DNA from: an uncultured virus (IMG/VR IMGVR_UViG_3300008267_000055)
Lineage: Duplodnaviria; Heunggongvirae; Uroviricota; Caudoviricetes
DNA length: 20,000 nucleotides
Virus record (IMG/VR): IMGVR_UViG_3300008267_000055
Direction: 5' to 3' (one strand)
Shown: one piece after another, positions 14,837 to 20,000 of the stretch
Position numbering within the stretch: position 1 is the stretch's first letter
Layout of the letters: every line of letters begins with the position of its first letter
Notes under the pieces: model-generated
Databases searched by the model: none
The model's input: only the letters and a program-made list of their open reading frames with translations
Told to the model about the DNA's origin: nothing
Made by a program: the position numbers and the translations under genes

Positions 14837-15685
14837 GTTCGTTCGTTCGTCCGTTCACTCGTTCGCCAGCTTGGCAGCTTGCCAGCTCGACGCAGTAGAA
14901 CGCGCGCGCGCGCGCGCTCGCATGCGTGCGTGCGTGCGTGCGTGTGCGCGCGTCAACGAGCTTCGACCTCGTTCGCGTGCGCGCAAGAACCTTGCAAGAT
15001 CAAGACCTTGCAGCACAAGCGCGTCGCGTTCGGAACGCCGTCCAGGGCGGACTACGACGTGACGTAGGGGGTCTTGCCCAGGGGGCGGTTGCTAACAGTC
15101 GCGATCCTCGCGACATTCTGAAATACGAAGATCTCGAAAATCGCGCGCGGCGCGCTTCGCGCGCCAACCGAGCGCGCCGGGCCCAGGGGGCCCGGCGGCC
15201 GCGCACTGACGCTCAGTGGTACCAGGAGTACCGCTGGGTGCGCGGCGCGACCGCTCGCTGATTCCTGCCCGCTGCTCTGTGGTAGTTCGTTGGCTAGCTT
15301 TCTAAACTGTGCCTATGAACAAAGTGAATTACGAACAATTCCAATGCGCGCGCACCGCGAGGTCGCGCTGCTCTCCAACTACGAAGGGAGGGTGGGGCCC
15401 CGTAAGCTCACGTTAGATAGAGCTATCTATTGCGGTGAGTTTATTTCTTGAGTGTTGCTAGTAGGAAGAGATGCGTTGCTTCGCGTACTGTCGTAGGTGT
15501 TCGCTGCAGAATCGTAAGTGGGGGTCCAGACATCCTGAAACGCGCCTATTTCCACAGCGGGTACCAGGTCCCCCTCGCCCCCCGCCCTAAGGGAGATATT
15601 GCATGAGTTGTGGAACATGATGAAAATGCAACAATTCAAAAATACCCGCTGAAGGAGGGTTTACAAAATAACTATCAGGTAGACA

Positions 15686-15768
15686 GGGGGGGATGGGTCG
15701 AGGAGGGGGTGGTTGGGGTGGCCTGGGGTAGGGGGAGAGGGTAGCTTGGTGTGTGTGTGTGTGTGTGT
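15686..15768 (+). repeat. G-tract cluster followed by a (GT)10 microsatellite
   Basis: Seven G-runs of 3 nt or more in 15686-15741; (GT)10 at 15749-15768. Confidence 0.85.
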
Positions 15769-15801
15769 CCTTCAATGTATTCTCTAGAAAGGAGTAGGAA
15801 G

Positions 15802-15990
15802 ATGGCAGTCATGGGAAATACGTACAAGGTTGAACTGAAGAATGGCCGTGGATCGGTCATTGGTATGCGGCCGAATGGGATCGAGTTCGAGTGGCTGGTG
15901 ATTCCGAAGGAGCTGGTTCAGAAGTTCATGAACGGAGAGATGGACGAGAAGGAAGTGATTCAGAGAACGCGTTGGCCTGAGTGGGTGTGA
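15802..15990 (+). CDS. Small hypothetical protein
   Basis: AAAGGAGTAGGAAG-ATG leader shared with later genes; 62 aa. Confidence 0.75.
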   Translation: MAVMGNTYKVELKNGRGSVIGMRPNGIEFEWLVIPKELVQKFMNGEMDEKEVIQRTRWPEWV

Positions 15991-16080
15991 GGAAGAAATA
16001 ATAAGTCGAGCTCATCACACGGTGTGGTGGGCTCGGCTTATGTGTCGGGTTCGAGAAGACAGCCTGAAAGGAGTAGGAAG

Positions 16081-16434
16081 ATGAAGGTCGGAAAGGTTGA
16101 GTGGGAAATGCTGGATGGAATGGTTCGGGAGGAGATGGAGGAGAGCAAGTGGGCTGAGAACGAGAAGAGTTACGACCTGGCTTTGGAGTTGTTCAAGAAC
16201 ATTATCTGGGCTCGGGAAATGATCGAGCACATGGAGAACAAGGTTCAGGGTAGGGAGAAGATCGAGCTGAAGCAGGCGAAGCTTGCGTACCAGCTGGTGG
16301 ATATCGGGCTTCAGAGAAGTCAGATCACGAAGGCGGAGGAGATGAGCTTCCAAGGAACTCTGAAGATCATCGGGATTCAGGGTGACATGGTTCGTCGGGG
16401 GGTTTGGGAAAATCCTCCGGTGATCTTGATCTAA
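16081..16434 (+). CDS. Hypothetical protein
   Basis: CTGAAAGGAGTAGGAAG-ATG leader; 117 aa. Confidence 0.8.
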   Translation: MKVGKVEWEMLDGMVREEMEESKWAENEKSYDLALELFKNIIWAREMIEHMENKVQGREKIELKQAKLAYQLVDIGLQRSQITKAEEMSFQGTLKIIGIQGDMVRRGVWENPPVILI

Positions 16435-16512
16435 ATAATAAAGAAATAATCAATCGGGTCCATCACGCGGTGTGGTGGGCTCGATTGTGTCTGCGTAGTT
16501 GAGGAGGTTGGT

Positions 16513-16779
16513 ATGTTTCATCAGTGGCTGGTGGTCGAGGCGATCAAGAACATTCTGTCGGTGTGCGGGCAGGACATGGTCCACACGGCCGTGGTTGAGG
16601 AGTGGGACGGTACGCAGGATATCCTCAAGGTCGAGGGCCTTGGGAACGTTGACTGCAGCGTTGCCGAGGAGGTGGTGCTGGACATCGTGTACATGGATGG
16701 GCAGCGCCAGACGATGAGGGCGGCAGAGCTCAGAACGCTGGTGAAGGGTTGGCTGGGAGCCGACATCGAAGTGTTCTAA
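16513..16779 (+). CDS. Hypothetical protein (VEEWDG motif)
   Basis: GAGGAGG SD; 88 aa. Confidence 0.75.
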   Translation: MFHQWLVVEAIKNILSVCGQDMVHTAVVEEWDGTQDILKVEGLGNVDCSVAEEVVLDIVYMDGQRQTMRAAELRTLVKGWLGADIEVF

Positions 16780-16864
16780 AAAATAATCAGCCGGGTCCAT
16801 CACGCGGTGTGGTGGGCTCGGCTTTTTTTATTAGGGGCTAGAGACAGACTGAAAGGAGTAGGAA

Positions 16865-17173
16865 ATGAAGATCGAAATCGAAATCATCGAGCGTTGCGAA
16901 GAAGGAAAATACGATCAGATCCTCGGGAGGATTGGAGATATCCTCTGGGAGGGTGAGCTTGATGCCGAGGAGGCGAAGCGCATCAGCTACGGGTCGACTG
17001 CTGGGAAGTTCAGAATCATCGGGGATGGCATCGTCAAGGATTACGACGACGAGTTCGATTTTGGTGAGGAGAACGAGGACGATTACGAAGAAGCGGTGGC
17101 GGTTGAGGAGTGGGACGGCTGCCAGTGGGTGTGCGTCGTAACGAACAAGTGGATCACCGACGTGGTGAAGTGA
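16865..17173 (+). CDS. Acidic hypothetical protein (VEEWDG motif)
   Basis: CTGAAAGGAGTAGGAA-ATG leader; 102 aa, D/E-rich. Confidence 0.8.
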   Translation: MKIEIEIIERCEEGKYDQILGRIGDILWEGELDAEEAKRISYGSTAGKFRIIGDGIVKDYDDEFDFGEENEDDYEEAVAVEEWDGCQWVCVVTNKWITDVVK

Positions 17174-17259
17174 AATAAGGAATAATCAGTCGGGCTCATC
17201 ACGGTGATGGGCTCGGCTATTTATCGGGTCAGAAAAAACAATCTGAAAGGAGTAGGGAA

Positions 17260-17484
17260 ATGAGCAAGGAAGTTTTCATCAGCATCAAGGACGGAGAGGC
17301 CCTGGACGAGCTCTGCAAGGAGTTCAACCTGGAGAAGCACCAGGTGGTGGTTTGTAATTATGAGACATGGTCGGGTGGACCGTACCTGAAGAGACTGAAG
17401 GACTGTGACCTTCTGGTGGCTGGTGGGTTGAAGACTCCATGGCACGAGGAATTCTACCGTCTGGAGATTTTGAACTGGGACTGA
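17260..17484 (+). CDS. Hypothetical protein, TWSGGP/TPWHEEF family
   Basis: Shared leader; paralog of 14087-14305. Confidence 0.85.
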   Translation: MSKEVFISIKDGEALDELCKEFNLEKHQVVVCNYETWSGGPYLKRLKDCDLLVAGGLKTPWHEEFYRLEILNWD

Positions 17485-17563
17485 GAGCAACCTAGAAAAA
17501 TAAATCGCCCGGCTTCGAAAGGGGTCGGGCGGTTTGGTTTTATAAATAGTCAGGAGAGACAGT

Positions 17564-17815
17564 ATGAAAGAAGGTGTTTTCGAGATCTTTCTGGCGTTCG
17601 TGATTTTTGGAATTTGTCTGGGTGTACCAGCAATGGTCGGGAGCTGGGCTGAAGGAGAAAGAAGAAGAGAAGAACTGACAGAGCAGAAAAATAGTCTGGA
17701 AGAAGAACTGAAAGTTCTGAGCCAGAAGGTGGACGGAAGAAGAGTGGGTCCTTTGCTTAAGATCCTTGATCTGGAAAATGAGATTAATCGACTGGAAGCG
17801 GAGATGAGAAGATGA
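17564..17815 (+). CDS. Small protein with N-terminal TM segment and coiled coil
   Basis: AGGAG SD; hydrophobic residues about 5-26, then an E/K/R-rich region. Confidence 0.75.
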   Translation: MKEGVFEIFLAFVIFGICLGVPAMVGSWAEGERRREELTEQKNSLEEELKVLSQKVDGRRVGPLLKILDLENEINRLEAEMRR

Positions 17816-17904
17816 CTGGCATGTTGCTTGGGTACGTTGGATTTATTTTTGTTATGCCGATGGGTTTGGCTTTTGTCTTTAATCGTAAGGGAGGTGTGAG
17901 ATGA
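17812..17904 (+). CDS. Small hydrophobic peptide (30 aa)
   Basis: ATGA overlaps at both ends; MTGMLLGYVGFIFVMPMGLAFVFNRKGGVR*. Confidence 0.6.
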   Translation: MTGMLLGYVGFIFVMPMGLAFVFNRKGGVR

Positions 17905-18113
17905 GAATGCCGTTGATGTTTGTGAAAGAGAATAAGTGCCCTGAGTGTGGGGAAACCGTCAGGACCCATGTGGATGACGATGGGTTTGGACAGTACTGTG
18001 GAAATAAGAAGGAGTGTGGGTGGAACCAGGGAAATGCCTATGGAGAGAGGTGGCTGAGAAAGAACAATAAGGAAAGGATGGTCTGGGAAAGCATGTGGAA
18101 GAGGGGAGATTAA
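17901..18113 (+). CDS. Small Zn-ribbon-like protein
   Basis: GGAGG SD; CPEC...CGNKKEC. Confidence 0.75.
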   Translation: MRMPLMFVKENKCPECGETVRTHVDDDGFGQYCGNKKECGWNQGNAYGERWLRKNNKERMVWESMWKRGD

Positions 18114-18131
18114 ATAATAAGGAGAAACAAT

Positions 18132-18269
18132 CTGAAAAGTCTTAAAGAAAAAATAGAAGAGCTGAGGAGGGCAGCTGAGAAAATCCCTCAGGAAGAAAGG
18201 GAGCGTCGGGCAAGAGAAGAGGCCCGGCTGGTAATAAATGATCAGGAACAGAAGAGGAGGCTGAGATGA
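18132..18269 (+). CDS. Putative CTG-initiated coiled-coil peptide (45 aa)
   Basis: AAGGAG-7 nt-CTG; LKSLKEKIEELRRAAEKIPQEERERRAREEARLVINDQEQKRRLR*; the stop overlaps the next ATG. Confidence 0.45.
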   Translation: MKSLKEKIEELRRAAEKIPQEERERRAREEARLVINDQEQKRRLR

Positions 18270-18541
18270 GGAACTGTGACTGCTGTTACGACTGGGAAAC
18301 AGACATGGTTATTGATGACCGAGAGGCTTGGGAGATTGAGGAGGTTGAGATGCATAAGGAAGAGGAAAAGATCTGGGCACGTGCGAAAGCAGAGGGTCTG
18401 ACTTTTAATCAGGCAAAGGAAGTGATGGATGAGGAGCGCACAAAGGAACTGGTGGATGCCTATGAAAAAGAGATAGCGGAAATCATGAGGAAGGAAAACG
18501 TGAGCCGAGAGAGAGCGGAAGACATCTACATCCCGTTCTGA
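18266..18541 (+). CDS. Acidic hypothetical protein
   Basis: GAGGAGG SD; N-terminal CDCC. Confidence 0.75.
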   Translation: MRNCDCCYDWETDMVIDDREAWEIEEVEMHKEEEKIWARAKAEGLTFNQAKEVMDEERTKELVDAYEKEIAEIMRKENVSRERAEDIYIPF

Positions 18542-18631
18542 TGGGTAAGGAATAAATGGTCTGGCTCAGAAATGGGTCAGGCCATTTATTTCGTCTAGAA
18601 AAAACAATCTGAAAAAATAAAGGAGGAAAAT

Positions 18632-18961
18632 ATGGACGATCTGGATATTTGCGGGTGCTCGACATGTGATTTTTGCCGGGCTGGTGTGGATGACGATGAC
18701 GGTACGGAATATGTGGAGGGAGAGATGGAAAGCCAGGAGGATATGATGGGCCGGATTACGGAAGGAGATATCAGGGAGTGGGAGAAGAAGGAGAACGAGG
18801 ATATTGAGAAGGAGGCCAGAAAAGAATTGGAGAAGAAGGAGAACGAGGATATTGAGAAGGAGGCCAGAAAAGAATTCGTCAGGGACAATGGGCGGGAGCC
18901 GAGTGTGGAAGAGCTGGCGAAGAAGGGGTTGGAGGTTTGGTACCGTCGCTGGGTTGTCTGA
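18632..18961 (+). CDS. Acidic hypothetical protein with a 16-aa tandem duplication
   Basis: AAGGAGG SD; CGCSTCDFC; 48-bp direct repeat at 18781-18828 and 18829-18876. Confidence 0.78.
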   Translation: MDDLDICGCSTCDFCRAGVDDDDGTEYVEGEMESQEDMMGRITEGDIREWEKKENEDIEKEARKELEKKENEDIEKEARKEFVRDNGREPSVEELAKKGLEVWYRRWVV

Positions 18962-18996
18962 AAATAAACCTTGAGGGAATAAATAAGGAGGTAGGT

Positions 18997-19179
18997 ATGT
19001 GGGATTTTGATTTTGAGTTCGAGGTCCAGGCTAGCGACGCTTGGAGAAGAAGAAGAATCGAGCGGAAGCTGGAGAAGGTGGAGCGGGTGATCCGGGACGA
19101 GTTCGAGCTGGGACGCGAGGAGGCTTGCCCGGTCTTGATGAGAAGAGCCCTTGAGCTGCGGGTTCAACTGGAAGGCTGA
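18997..19179 (+). CDS. Small hypothetical protein
   Basis: TAAGGAGGT SD before ATG 18997; 60 aa. Confidence 0.72.
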   Translation: MWDFDFEFEVQASDAWRRRRIERKLEKVERVIRDEFELGREEACPVLMRRALELRVQLEG

Positions 19180-19242
19180 GAAATACCGAGTAGGGCAGGT
19201 AGGCCCGAAAGGGTCTGCCTGTTCTTTCTATCAGGAGGAAAT

Positions 19243-19428
19243 ATGTTCGTGGTTGAGAAGCTGGGTGAGGATGTGTGGGTGGCCGTGGCTTGGGAAGAGG
19301 GTGGTGAGATTTTCCGGATGGTAGGGAAAAGAGAAGACGTCAACGAAATGAGCTGTGTGGTTCGGAACGAGGCTGAGTTCGCAACCAAGGAAGAGGCCGA
19401 AGAGGCTCTGAAGGAAATGGAGGTCTGA
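19243..19428 (+). CDS. Small acidic hypothetical protein
   Basis: AGGAGG SD; 61 aa. Confidence 0.72.
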   Translation: MFVVEKLGEDVWVAVAWEEGGEIFRMVGKREDVNEMSCVVRNEAEFATKEEAEEALKEMEV

Positions 19429-19429
19429 G

Positions 19430-19651
19430 ATGGTGACCGTGGCTTTTATCGAAAATACCGAGGCGACCGTGAAGGTCATGCGAGACGACAACGAATGGTT
19501 CTTCCTGAAGGACACTGGAGGATTTATCGTCCTCAAGGATCAGGGAAAGAAAATCATCTGCTCGAGGTGGGATGACTGCCATCGTCAGGTCGAAATCACG
19601 AACGCTCAGATGATGTGGGCTAAGAAGTGGGTCAGAAGGCTCGGCGCCTGA
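19430..19651 (+). CDS. Small hypothetical protein
   Basis: GGAGGT SD; 73 aa. Confidence 0.72.
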   Translation: MVTVAFIENTEATVKVMRDDNEWFFLKDTGGFIVLKDQGKKIICSRWDDCHRQVEITNAQMMWAKKWVRRLGA

Positions 19652-19694
19652 TTTATTATTTCTTCCCCCAGACTCCCTGAAAATTAATTAAATC

Positions 19695-19722
19695 GCCCCA
19701 GAAAATCATCTGGGGCTTTTTT
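19695..19722 (+). terminator. Intrinsic terminator
   Basis: GCCCCAGA-AAATCA-TCTGGGGC followed by TTTTTT. Confidence 0.7.
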
Positions 19723-19759
19723 CTACCCTGAACCAGGCTCCAAGGGGCTCGGAGACACC

Positions 19760-19873
19760 ATGACATCTACATTAATTGCGTATCTGGGCTTTTTCGGCGG
19801 GACAGTTGGCTTGGCGAGTGGGCTCCATGGATTGGTTCGTTCTTTTGGTAAGGGTGGTTTTGGGAAAGTTTAA
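19760..19873 (+). CDS. Small hydrophobic peptide (37 aa)
   Basis: GGAG SD; MTSTLIAYLGFFGGTVGLASGLHGLVRSFGKGGFGKV*; N-terminus resembles the 17812 peptide. Confidence 0.55.
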   Translation: MTSTLIAYLGFFGGTVGLASGLHGLVRSFGKGGFGKV

Positions 19874-19912
19874 GGTAAGGGTTTTTGATTTTTTGACTTA
19901 CGGAGGTTTGAG

Positions 19913-20000
19913 ATGATCAGGACGCTTTCTTTCTTTTTTGCTCTGCTTTTCCTTGGTCTGTTTCTTGGGATCTTGGTGGACGCTTCTCACAACCCTTACC
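19913..20000 (+). CDS. Membrane protein N-terminus, cut by the window edge
   Basis: GGAGGT SD; MIRTLSFFFALLFLGLFLGILVDASHNPY... Confidence 0.55.
   Translation, partial: MIRTLSFFFALLFLGLFLGILVDASHNPY

Larger units (their letters stand above)
16001..17218 (+). repeat. Four related intergenic hairpins (16001-16041, 16451-16487, 16789-16823, 17188-17218)
   Basis: Each reads approximately CGRGYYCATCAC...GTGRTGGGCTCG and is preceded by AATAAT. The stems contain several G-U pairs. The third copy is followed by a T7 run. Confidence 0.85.

Noticed and set aside
14228..15261. Many Arg/Ala-rich ORFs on both strands
   Set aside because: Products of stop-poor (CG)n/(CGCT)n low-complexity DNA, without SDs.
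15587..15860. ORFs reading through the G-tract and (GT)10
   Set aside because: Translations of simple repeats. The supported start is 15802.
16001..17218. CRISPR array or integron attC array
   Set aside because: The repeats are separated by whole genes rather than 30-40 nt spacers, there are no cas or integrase genes in the window, and I see no attC RYYYAAC/GTTRRRY ends.
17541..17548. T4-type late promoter TATAAATA
   Set aside because: A single occurrence in an AT-rich spacer of an early-looking region.

Overview
A 20 kb segment of a large, GC-rich tailed phage with Herelleviridae/SPO1-like head genes, annotated by eye without database searches. On the minus strand (1-5406) is a head-assembly block: a Zn-finger protein, an 837-aa multidomain protein with a topoisomerase IB-like module, the portal, and a prohead protease that is missing from the ORF track and cut by the window edge. 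On the plus strand (5527-12578) are ParB, a MazG-like enzyme, two tandem HTH-like paralogs, a ThyX-like protein with an altered motif, a dATP/dGTP diphosphohydrolase, Dps, tRNA-Leu(UAA) and a metallophosphoesterase. From about 12600 onward the window looks like an early or terminal region rich in RNA structure. A strong sigma70-type promoter drives a gene enclosed by a 38-nt inverted repeat. A type II hammerhead ribozyme follows, then a GG/CC-depleted (CG)n block with a perfect 36-bp palindrome, and a G-tract plus (GT)10. The window ends with about 16 small orphan genes separated by long G-U hairpins that share conserved loops.
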